DNA from: Podospora anserina
Lineage: Eukaryota
Reading direction: 5' to 3'
DNA length: 64,000 nt
Assembly (NCBI GenBank): GCA_017654855.1
Contig: CM030334.1
Span: forward strand, 2,666,001-2,730,000
Shown: one piece after another, positions 38,289 through 50,300 of the stretch
Layout: every line of letters starts with the position of its first letter
How positions within the stretch are numbered: the stretch's first letter is position 1
The notes under the pieces: model-generated
Database searches by the model: none
Seen by the model: only the letters and a program-made list of their open reading frames with translations
What the model was told of the DNA's origin: nothing
Program-made: the position numbers and the translations under genes

Positions 38289-39413
38289 ATGAAGGTGAGC
38301 CACCATACCCATTTACGAATTCCTACAATCGATACGCAATTGCTGCCGCCTTCAACTTGCGATTTCGACGACTTTTCCGATCGGTGCTGACGATTTTCCC
38401 TCGATAGCTGAACATCTCCTACCCAGCCAACGGCTCTCAGAAGCTCATCGACATTGAAGATGAGCGCAAGCTCCGCCCCTTCCTCGAGTAAGTGGTCGAA
38501 GAGAAGGTCCCGACTCAAAAGGAGACAGCTAACTGACTAATTCTCACAGGAAGCGTGTATGTACCATCGAAATACCCGACATCTCTCTCGAATGAACCGA
38601 ATTGCTGACCGACCGAATTAGATGGGCGCTGAGGTCCCTGCCGATTCCCTTGGCGATGAGTGGAAGGGCTACATCTTCCGCATCACTGGTGGCAACGACA
38701 AGCAGGGTTTCCCAATGAAGCAGGGTGTTATCGCCCCTACCCGTGTCCGCCTCCTCCTCTCCGACGGCCACTCCTGCTACCGCCCCCGCCGCACTGGTGA
38801 GCGCAAGCGCAAGTCCGTCCGCGGCTGCATCGTCGGTGCCGATCTCTCCGTCCTCGCTGTCGCTATCGTCAAGCAGGGTGAGCAGGAGATCCCCGGTCTC
38901 ACCGACACCGTTCACCCCAAGCGCCTCGGCCCCAAGCGTGCCACCAAAATCCGCCGCTTCTTCGGCCTCAGCAAGGATGACGATGTATGTGCTACCTTCT
39001 CGGTCATATCCGTCATCGCCTACCCTTGAGCTTTGAGGATTAGACATCCCAAATTTCGGGTAGAGTCTGAGTGCTAATATCTGTCGAAACTAGGTTCGCA
39101 AGTACGTCATTCGTCGCGAGGTCACCCCCAAGGGTGAGGGCAAGAAGACCTACACCAAGGCTCCCCGCATCCAGCGTCTCGTCACTCCCCAGCGCCTCCA
39201 GCACAAGCGTCACCGCATTGCGCTCAAGCGCCGCCAGGCCGAGAAGGTCAAGGATGAGGCCGTACGTATTTCGTACTCTAGGGATGATTTTGCAACATGT
39301 ACTGACTATCAGCACAGAATGAGTATGCCGCTATCCTTGCCAAGCGTGTCACCGAGGCCAAGGCCGCCAAGGTTGATGCTCGCAAGCGCAGAGCTTCCTC
39401 CATGCGCAAGTAA
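38289..39413 (+). CDS. RPS6: 40S ribosomal protein S6 (eS6), 239 aa; exons 38289-38294, 38408-38487, 38550-38556, 38622-38984, 39094-39261, 39318-39413
   Basis: [36 protein letters not shown]...[14 protein letters not shown]...[11 protein letters not shown]...[10 protein letters not shown]. The spliced CDS is 720 nt in frame. Confidence 0.98.
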
Positions 39414-41396
39414 AGATTGAGTGTTGTTTAATGGGTCTCTCGGGTTGCTTTGGGAAAATGGGTACGGCGTGCTGGCTGGCCGGCTCATCTGCGAACGTGT
39501 AAATGGCTTTAGGAACGGTCTTCACGAATGTCAGCATGAGTCTCTTTGAGAATCACCTCAACGGCGTTTTTGTTCCACCGGGAAGGCGTGTGGTTGAGCG
39601 ACGGAAAGAGAAACCATGAATACCCTTTTTGACTTGCTCATATAGACCCATGCAGCCAAAAATTGTGAAACTGTGATACCCTATGTTTTTGGTGATTCTT
39701 GTCCCTGGTGATGCAGCAGTCTACTATTGGGAGCTATGATATTTGGACGCTGCTCTGTTTCTGAATGCAGCATGGTTTCAAGAAATAGACGGCTTCTCGA
39801 AGGAAAGAAAAACAAGGATATGCGACCCTGCAGATCCATGAGTGCACGTAAGCAGGTTGTATTGGGCATAACCGCGGACTCTCTTGCCTGGCAGATCTCC
39901 TGGCTAGGTGTAGTTTCCGAAGGCGCTTTCTGTTGGGACTTTGGCGTCGGGGTGAACCCATTCATGCTGCCTGTGGTAGGTTCAGCCAGCTTATGTCAGG
40001 CGTAAGCCAGGTGTGCTCTCCAAGTGCCAGTATGACATGTGGAATTTGTAAGCTTGATGGCCCGGCTTCTTGGAGGCAGACATGTGTGTGTCCCTTTGTT
40101 CGACATTTGGTTGTCGAGTAACACTAGCTGGGTGGCTTTGGGGGAATATGATGGAGGGAATTGTAAGTCGACATGTCATCAAGGCATATCTCGAAGCTTT
40201 ACAATATCACGCCGTGGACAACCAAAACGCTGAAAGATAGACATTACCTGCTCAAGAACAGGCAGCATGTCTCTCGAGATGGTCCATGCCTTGGATGATA
40301 ATAGAAATGCCTCTTTGACTATCTTCAAAGGCTTGGTGGCTATTTCTTAAGGCTTTGATTCGACATGTCTAGATAATTCTGTCCACGACGTAACATACAA
40401 CTACCTCTCCACAATCCTACACCACCTTATCCATGTGGCTGGCTGGCTCCATTATCAAAATGGGGGTTTTGGGACGCCCAGCTTGCCCCTCCACGTTTGC
40501 TGCTGGCAATGCATTTCCAGGCAGGTCCGCAGCAAAGAGTTTTCTGAGGGGGGCGGGGAAGGAGCAATCATATATATGACAGTGTGATTTATAAGAAATG
40601 AAAGATTTCCACCCGTGTAGCTTCAACTGAAGTGCTGCTGATTAGAAGTGCAGTATCGTGTATTGTAATACAGTGTACACTGTACCCAGCCTAGAAAAGC
40701 TCCGGACGTAGTGAGGTGGAAACAGAAGCTCCTGCCCCACCACAGAATTAACAGTCACCCGGCGGGCAGCAGTGGACCCGCGGGATCACTCCAAGCAGTA
40801 CCTGACTGGCAGCTGCCGTCATTGGCTTCGACGCCTTTCACTGGTTGCTTCTGCTCTTTTCGACCTCAAATCCCAAATCCCCAAACCAAGACTTTCTCCC
40901 ACTTGCAAAGTCACAACCCACTCCCATCAAACTGCGGCACGCCTGCAACTCACGGCGAGGGCAAAAAGACCATCTGCAACATCAGCAACTAGACAAGACA
41001 CTTGACCGACTCCCCGGATTTCTCAAGGCGACCTGCACTCGTCTTTGGCCGTCCTCGGACCAGGTCTCTAGCATCGAGCAGCTGTCTTCCGCTACTGCCC
41101 GTCGAATTGCATCCATCGGCCTTCAGCCATCGGCCGGTCCATCACCCAACCACGACGCTGCTGCCGCGGCACTTTATTTATCACGACCCGACGACACCAC
41201 ACATCGATACCCCGCCACGACACTTGACGACTCCCATCATCGACTCGCCCACATCTTGAAAACATCACCAGCTTCCGCCTCTTCCGCAAGGCTGCGGGCT
41301 TCGCGAACAAGGCTGCCGTCCGTTGGTGGGACGTGCGGGTAGTGGAGGGGGAGCGTCGATTTCCTTTTGCCCACGCGGCTTAGCCGCTCCGTCAAG

Positions 41397-44300
41397 ATGG
41401 GGAAGATCACCAAAACTATGCAGTCTCGGCACAAGGAGACCTTGGTAAGCTTCAGTCGTGCTAGCTACCCCGCTGGCTGTGCCCCTCAGTCCAGATATGC
41501 TAACTTTGTGTGTGTGGTAGTCGCCGTGGCTCGAGAAATATGTCGAGGAGACAACCTCAACACCATTACCACTTCTGCCCAAGAAGCTTGGCGAGTTCCC
41601 AAGTAGATGGCCATTCCCGCGCGGAGACTTGTACCACTGGATTCCGCTGCTGAACCGCTTTGACAATATCTTGGAGGCTTTTTGCGCCACCCACGGCTTG
41701 AACGAAGGCTTCCAGACAAGGGATTTCACCTGCGAGCTTCTGTTGAACCAGGCGGCGCCGGTAGAGTACTGTGATGACCAGCCATGGAGCAAGGATCGTC
41801 TCGGCCAGCTTGGTTTCGGGGAGGATGGAGATTGCCAACTAATCATCGCCATACTCAACTTTTCACAGATGCTCCTCCAGCACTGCGGAAACCGAAGCAT
41901 ATATGGGAGTAGCAGCCGTCTGAACGACTTGTTGAATACCACATCTCTCACTCTTGTTCGTGCCACTCTTGAGGTTTCCCTGGAGCTTGCTCAGCGGTAT
42001 CATGCGTCTATGAAGCGCGTGACGCAGCCCTCTCGCCAAGTGAGCTCAGCCCTGCTTGCCAATCACTACAACATTGAGTTGGACCGCGTCAACCTGCTGG
42101 CTCAACCATTTGTCAAGACACCTGTGGCCCCTGTTGCTCGGTTCACCGATGTTCCACCTACCACCCCAGGCGCCCCCACGAGCAAGGCCAAGGACAAGAC
42201 GTCAGGCGCCAGCTCCAGGAATGTGGCATCCATGTATGCCAACGATTTGGCTTCATTGGTGGTTCAAGGATCTACTGATGAAAGTCGGTGGAACGGCTGG
42301 GGCGACCTCAAGGTCGTCTATTATCCCAAGGCTGAAGGCACAAAGACCCCAGCACCAGAGGCCCAATCGTCAGACCGTGCATCTTCGTCCACCATTCCAC
42401 CAACTCCCACGCCTCTCCGACGCAGCGCCACCAGCGTCTCACAAACCCCCCGCTCGAACAGACCGTCAGGTCCTGATGACAGTCCCTCCAACAGGCACGG
42501 TAACGGGGACGATCATGCCCCCTCGGGGCCCAAGACACTCGAGATCCGTCAGACTGTGCTCAAGTCGACATCTATCTATGATCTCCTCAAGCAGTGCCCT
42601 GACGACATGCCCGCAGCTTCGAGATATGAGTTTTTGAACCGTCTAAGAATCGCAAAGGCGCTTCTTGGCTCAACCGAAGACAGACGCCAAGCCCTGGCTG
42701 TTCGTCTGCTGGCCATCACGAACCTTGCTTCCATCCACCACGAGCAAACCTTTATCGAAAAGGTCCTGAAGCAGGACAACGATGAGCCTCGGAAATACCA
42801 GTTGGTGTACCAGCTTGCCGAGTTGATTCACCCTTCAGTCGACGGTGCAGAGGACACCCCCTTGTGGCTACAGGCCATTGCGCTCGGGACACTGGAGGGC
42901 ATCGTTGGCATCCAAGCCAAGTATCAAGACATCGTGTCCGCTCTGAATGCGAACGTTAATCACGGCGTTCTCATGTATGTGGTTCGCAAGGCTGTTGCCA
43001 GCATGAAGCAGGACGACCCCGACATGGACAACGGCAAGGTCACGGATGCTGACAAGTGGCGTTCGAAACTGTTCGGTCTGGCTCTCCACATGATTGTGTC
43101 GCAGCGGATAGGCCCAGAGATGACCTCCAACGGACTGCTGGAGGTGCTGATTGAAATTCTCAAGCTCCGCACCAAAACGGCACAGCTCAACTGGAGCATG
43201 GTTGTGGCTTTCCTCGACACGATCGTCTACAACTACACGGTGGCGTTCCCGGCACTCAGCAACGCCTCGGGCCTCGACGCCATTGCCGACCTTATCATCC
43301 ACGTTGTCCATTCATCCAAAGAGCTGGCAGAAAAGGGACTAGGGACCAAGCCCGAGTTCCACGCGCAGCTGGTCGACTATGGAATTCCCTTCTATCATCA
43401 GCAGACGGTGAAGTGGCTGCTTAAGTTCCTCCATCACATTCTGCAGAGCCCGCTCTCGTTCGGTGCCAATACAGACCGCTTGTTGAGAAACCTGGTCGAC
43501 AACTCCAAGTTGCTGGTCAGTCTCCGTACCGTCATTGAAGAGCCGCGTCTCTATGGCTCTGTGGTTTGGACAAACGCAGTCACGCTCTTGAGCGACTTCC
43601 TCAACAATGACCCTACCAGCTTTGCGGCCCTTTCAGAGTCGGGTATGGTACAGAGCTTCTTGAGCACCCTCACAGGTGAGAAGGTTGGCCTTCCTCAACC
43701 AGAGGGCTCGCCAAGACCTGAGGAGAACCCCGAGGAAGCAGCATCGCCCGCCTACTCGAACGACTCGCTGCTGCTTGATAGTGCTGATAGCCGTCCGCAT
43801 CCACCCACAGAAGACATGATGAACGAGTCTCGGGAGCGTCCCCTTGCCCACGGCGTCCTTGCGTCCAACGATGCCATCAATATCATTCCCCAGGTCTTGA
43901 ACTCTATTTCCCTCAACAATGCCGGTATGAAGATGGTGGTGTCGTCAAGGTCCTTTGATCACTTTCTGGAAATTTTCTTCAGCCCCGAACACGTCCAGAT
44001 CATGTCGAGGTCTGACCTTGATCTTGCCGCCAACATTGGCTCAAGCTTCGACGAACTTGCCCGTCATCATCCTCGCTTGCGTCCAACGATCTCTAACTCC
44101 ATCCTCGATCTGACAGCCAAGGTCGTTCATCTCGCCAACGATAAGGCAAAAGGAAAAGGCTTGGGGGCGCGTGGCTGGGGTGCAAACCTCTTGGTTGAAG
44201 ACTCGGAAAAGAATATCTATGCCGCAGATAAGTCGCTGCTTGCCAAGGCAGGCACGCCGTTCTCATCTGGATCCAAGGAGAAAGGAAAAGATGTGAGCGA

Positions 44301-47300
44301 TGATGCTGATGTCGAGATGGTGGATGCGGCCGGCGAATCTCCAGAGTGGGCTCCAGAGGCGACGAAGCGTTCGGAAGAGGTGCATCACGAAGCCACACCA
44401 TACATCTGGGCGCTTTGTTCATTCCTGAGCGCTCTGTTTGCTAGCAACACCAACCTCAAACAGGCCTACGTCAAGAACGGGGGTGTCGAACTCTTGCTCA
44501 ATCTCTCCGAGTCTCCGGCCCTCCCAGAAGGCTTTGATAAGACGACGGCTTCGCGCATGCTCTCGCAAGTGCTTTCACACCTCATAGAGTGCTGCCCGGT
44601 TTTAGGGATCCCCTCTCTTCTCAACCGAATCGATGACACAATCGGTGTGCTTCAGCCACTCATGACCAGAGATGATTCGGAACCATTCTTCGCGCCATTC
44701 GTGTCAGGAGTCTCACTATCGAACGACAAGGGCGAGTGGGATCCGGAGCTGGTTCGTAAAGTGGCCGGTGGCAATGATATCATCAAGGCCATTGTTCGCT
44801 TGCAGAGCTTGGTCAAGACTTCGTACCAGTCCTTCCCATACGCCGCGAGACTGGGCTCGATTGTCATCCCGCCGTGCAATACTTATGATCTGTATGACAA
44901 GCTGATCAAGTCACTTGGAGCACTGCTACGCGACGCCGTGACGGAAGACTTGGCCATCAGGACACTGGTTCCGAAGCGCTGGACAGAGAGTCTTACCTCT
45001 CCAGACGGTGCTGAGCTATCAGTTGCCAAGCTCACGGTTGCCAACAGTGTCACTGCTTCTGAGACTGCACCTGCTGCTCCGCAGGCCTCTGGCACCGAGG
45101 CCTCAGCCCAGCCCTCGGAGCCCACGAAGTTAACCGCAGAGCAACAAGAGGTGCAGCAGTGGTTTCACAAGCAGAATTTCAACACCATCCACGATCTTTT
45201 GAGTTCATTGCACCGCAATGTTCTCCCGTTCTTTCAGACGATGAGCAAAGTGTTGTTGCCCAGACGATTCGACAACTTCAGCCGCTCCAATCAGTTGACA
45301 ATTGCAGAAACCTTGGCCACCACAGTTCTGGAGCAGCTCAGATTTGTCCAAGATAAGCTGGATCAAGACAAGCTGGCTGGACTAGACTTCCATCACTTTG
45401 CCACCACGTTCCAGTCCTTGCATGACATGTTGATTGATGTAACTCGGCAGACGGAGCGTCAAGGAACTGCCCTGCTTCTACCCGTCCTTATCGCCTTCAA
45501 GGAGAATGGCGGTATTGACCTGTTGAGTAGCATGCTCGAGAAGTTTGCTGATGATATCTGCAGTGTCCCAGCTGACTCGACTGCTCGTGAGGAGTCACCA
45601 AAGGTGCGGCAAGCAACGATGGGGATGAAGAGGATCCTGGACATTTACCACATCATTGTTAGCGGCAAGAATGTCACTGAGTCCCTCACCTCCACCAGCC
45701 TTCCCAAGGCTGCAGAGCGGAACCGCGAGTTTGGACATCAGCTCGTCGTGGAGTTGAGGGTGGCCATTCTGCCTGTGGTGCGCAAACTGTGGGAGTCTCA
45801 ACTGGCGGAGAAGGTCGAGACGGTCGTCTTGAGTAAGATGATTGATATACTTCAGACGATTGCCGCTGCCGATTCTGAGTCCAACGCATACCGCAGGTCT
45901 GACAAGACAGGTCCGCCCCCAGTGTTTAAGGATCGGAAGCGTGTGTCGTTCAACTGGGAGGGTGAAGCCAATGTCAACGTCAAGAAACTTATCGACAAGG
46001 GGAACGACGAGGAGCTCAGCCGGGAGGCCATCTACCGCGCGAACGGAAAGCTCGAGGATGCCATGGAATACTGTAGGGCGTTCGATCCTGCGAACAGCAG
46101 CAAGGGATGGGCTTTCAAGCGGAACCCTATCCCAGAAGCGGATGCATACAAGGAGCCGCCTCCGCCTCCGAAGCCAGAGCAAGCACAACCCGACCAAACT
46201 CCGGTGGTTTCCCAGCCAGTTGTGCCTTTGGGAGCAGAGCCAATGGCACTGGATCCCATGCCGGGGATCAACAGCCTCATCCATGATGCTATCGGTGAAG
46301 CCGATTCGGGAGATCACTCGTCTGATGAGTCCAACGACACCAGCAATGAGAGCTCAAGCCAGCATTCCGCACAGGAGGCCCCTTCTACGACGGCTGCGCC
46401 CACACAGCAGGCACCGACCTCGTCATCGGTCGCCGCTGTACCGCCGAATCCCCCTTCGGTTACAAAGGAGGACTTGGACGACGAGCGCGCGCGACTGTCC
46501 AATGATCTAATTGACCGGTGCTTAGACGTCATCAGAGCTCATCCTGACTCTGTCTTTGAGATCTCGGACTTGATTCAGAACATGATCCTCAAGACAGACA
46601 ACGAACAAAAGCGGACCGAGGTCGGCGAAATTCTTGCCAACGCCCTGCTGTCGCTCCATGTGAATGATGAGGCTGACAAGAAGGCCAACGGTGGGACCAT
46701 TGCGGCCTATTCTCATCTCTTGTCACTGTTGCTGCAGAACAGCTCTTTCTTTAAATCCACGCTGCCGACGTTGAGGCAATACATTGAAGAATATCTCAGT
46801 TTTCTCCAAGTTCCTTCGAACTCTAGCGAGGAGCTGCCTCCGTGGATGCCATATGTGCTCCTGGTCTTCGAGACGCTCTTGATTGACGAGGAGCAGCTTC
46901 CCGATATCAAGTGGAAGCCGCCTGCCAAAGAGGAGGACCCAGTCGAGGAGCCTGTCTGGGCTACCAAGGTTCCCACAATACCGCTCAAGGAGCGTTCTGG
47001 TTTGCTCTCAGCGGTCTTGGAGATCCTCCCGCGCATCGGCAAGGAAGAGGCACTTGCTGTCTCCGTGCTGCGGATTCTTGTCATTCTCACCAGGGACCAT
47101 GGGATGGCCAAGACGGTGGGCGAGAAGAGAAATCTGCAGCGCCTGTTTGTCATGGCAAAGCAGTTGTGTGCTGGCGGCTCGGGTCCTCTCAACCGGTCAC
47201 GCATCACGGACTACATCATGACAATCCTCCGTCACATAGTAGAAGACGAAGACATCATCCGCCAAATGATGCAGAATGAGATTCGCCAGTTTCTCTCGTC

Positions 47301-50300
47301 AAGCTCGAGAAGCGGCCGAAACTACGACGCCCAGACGTTCCTCAAACACCTTTCGCATGTCGCTCTTCGGTCGCCCAAGTTGTTTGTGGAAACCACTGGT
47401 CAGCTCGTGAAGCTAGTCAAGTGGTCGGTCCCTGAGGCCAGGGAGTCTTCCTCACGTTCCAACTACCAGATCGTTCTCAAGCCAGCGCCGGCTGCAGAAG
47501 AGGAAGCCAAGCCAAAGGACAGTTCAGTCGAGCCCACGGTTCAGGCGACTGAGGATCTGAGCATCAACGATGTGAAGCCGTCGACAGAGTCTGCCGACAA
47601 GGAGATGACAGACGCGCCCAAGACTCCGCTCGACATCAAGCGTCCTGTTCTTGAAAACCCAGATGGTGTGGTTCATTTCTTGCTTTGCGAGCTTCTCAAT
47701 TACCGAGAGGTTGATGACAAGGAGGTCCCGGCTGTGCCAGCCAAGGAAGCCAGCAAGACTGATAACAAGACTGCAGGCGAGACATCAAGTGCGGAGGAAG
47801 ATGCCACACCGGCTCCCGCAGACGTAGAGGTTCCCGAGCCGAAGAAGGACGAAAAGAAGTCTTCCAAGCCGACCTTCAAGGCAGAGGATCACCCCATTTT
47901 CGTCTACCGGTGCTTCCTCCTCAGCTGCCTGACAGAACTTCTACAGAGCTATACGCGTGCCAAGGTGGAATTCATCAACTTCAAGCGTAGTGCGCCGATG
48001 CAAACCAACACCCCCATCAAGCCTAGATCGAGCGTACTTAATTATCTGCTCAATGACCTGCTTTCTCCAGGTTCGGCCAGCTTGGCAGCAGAGACGCCGG
48101 TGGCTAAGAAGAAGACTTCGACATCTGCTCAGGCACAGAGCGTGCTTGTGGCTCTTGTGGCTCGTACCGGCGAGAAGCCGTATGACCGACACCGTGGCAA
48201 TTGGGAGTATGATGACGAGCCCGATCTTCTGTTTGTACGCCGATTTGTTCTCGACACGGTTCTTCGTGCTTACAAGGACGCTTCCACTCCTGGGGAGTCC
48301 TTCGATGTGCGCTATCCCCGGATGATTGCGCTGGCCGAGTTGATGAGCCACATGATCGGGGAAAAGGACAAAGACGCCAACTCGAGGGGGGCAAGTCAGG
48401 ATCAGGGACTCACCAGATCTTATGCTCAAATCAAGCGGTTGATGTATGAGAAGGGATACCTTGCCACATTGACAGCATCCATCGCCGACATCGACCTCAC
48501 CTATCCCGATGTGAAGCGCACCATCAAACATATTCTCCGCGTGCTGCGGTCTTTGACAAAGACTGCATCGGCCCTGAGTGAGCTGGACATAATTCCTGCC
48601 ACCGCGACGGGTGACCAACCGGAGGACGACTTTGCGTCTGCGTCATCCCTTTCCGACATGGACGACGAGCGCGAGGAAACCCCCGACCTCTACCGCAACT
48701 CCACACTCGGCATGCTCGAGCCCGGACGGGAGGATGATTATTACTCGGATGAAGAGGAAGATGGTATATTCTCCAATTCTGCTGCTCAAATAGACGAACT
48801 GTTACTAATGGGGGCAGATGACGACGAAATGTACGACGAAGAGGTCTACGAGGATGAGTTGGACTATGGTGACGAGATGTCCCAAGATGAGGAGGATAAC
48901 CCTAGCGACGAGGACGAAGAGGAGCTTGGCGAAATGGGCGAAATCGAGGGTCTTCCTGGTGACCCTGGCGTTGTCGAAGTCATCATGGGTGAAGACGACG
49001 ACGAAGATGAGGATATGGACGAGGATGACGAAGACGATAGCGACGAGGATGATGAAGACGAGGTCGGCTCTGAAGACATGGAGGATGTCGAAGACCAAGT
49101 CGAGATCATGGACGAGGAAGGAAATCCCATTGGCGACGATGGTGATGATGGTTGGGAGAGTGAGACGGACGAGGAGGATGAAGAGGGTGAGGAAGAACTT
49201 GACTATGAGGCAGAAGCCCAGAATCTTCATAACGCCCAAATGATGCAAGAGCTCGCGGAACTGGAGTCTATCACCCGCCGTCGCTTCGAGCTCAGGGGCC
49301 TTGCTGCTGCCGGCGATGCCGATGAGCTTGATGGCGAGGACATCCACGAGTTTGACGACGAACACTACATGGACGATGGTGGTCCTGAAGATGACGGTAT
49401 GAGTTTTGTTCTGGTGACTGAGTCAAGATATGGATTACTAACTGGGTTTTCAGAAGAAGAGGAAGAGGAAGAGGTTGACGACGACATGTATTACGAACAG
49501 GGACATCCCCATGATGATTTCCTCCCTGGCAATATTTCCGGTAGTCTCGGATGGGACTTGGCCGTTGAGCCTCACCACCGCGTCCGAGGCGGGTTCAGTC
49601 GAAGAAACCCGTTCCCCGCTCCATTTGGGGTTGGAGATCTGCGGCACATGGGATCCTCCGGTAGGCTCTCTGATTTCTTTATTCGTCTGCGGCAACAAGT
49701 TGGTGCGACTCTTCAACGCCTCGATGATTTGGAAGCAACTTTGGACAGTGTTGAAATCAGCGTTGATGGGGGCAACGAAGGCTCAGAGGACTTGTCACAG
49801 GCTCTCAGGACAGCATCACAACAATTACTTGAGCGCCAACCAGTTGAACACCGTGCTAACGCCATTCCAGACTTTAGAAATTACTTTGGCAATACGAGCC
49901 GCGCTCCTCCCGCAGTACTTGACAGTCAGAGGAACCCACTGCTGCTTCCCAGCCATAGATCTGGCCGAGATCAGTCTCCTCGTCACTCCGACCGACAGTC
50001 TCTTCCGTGGAGCTCTCTCGGGTTACCCGAATCCTTTAGAGCCATGGCTACTCCTGACGGCCCCCTTGCCGTTATCCACACCCTGGTCCAGAATATGCCC
50101 ATTCCCCACGGTGCCGGGCCCGCACTTAGCCTTCAGTTGACCTCAGAAGGACCTCATGGCGAAATCCGTCAAGTTAGCATCCCTTTGGATGCAGTTACTG
50201 GCAATCGTGTTGGTCGCTGGGAGCCTCGGCGCGATGTGTACCAGGAGCCCGCTCAAGCCGTCCAGTTCGTAGCGGCCCGCACTAATGATCGGTGGAAGGA

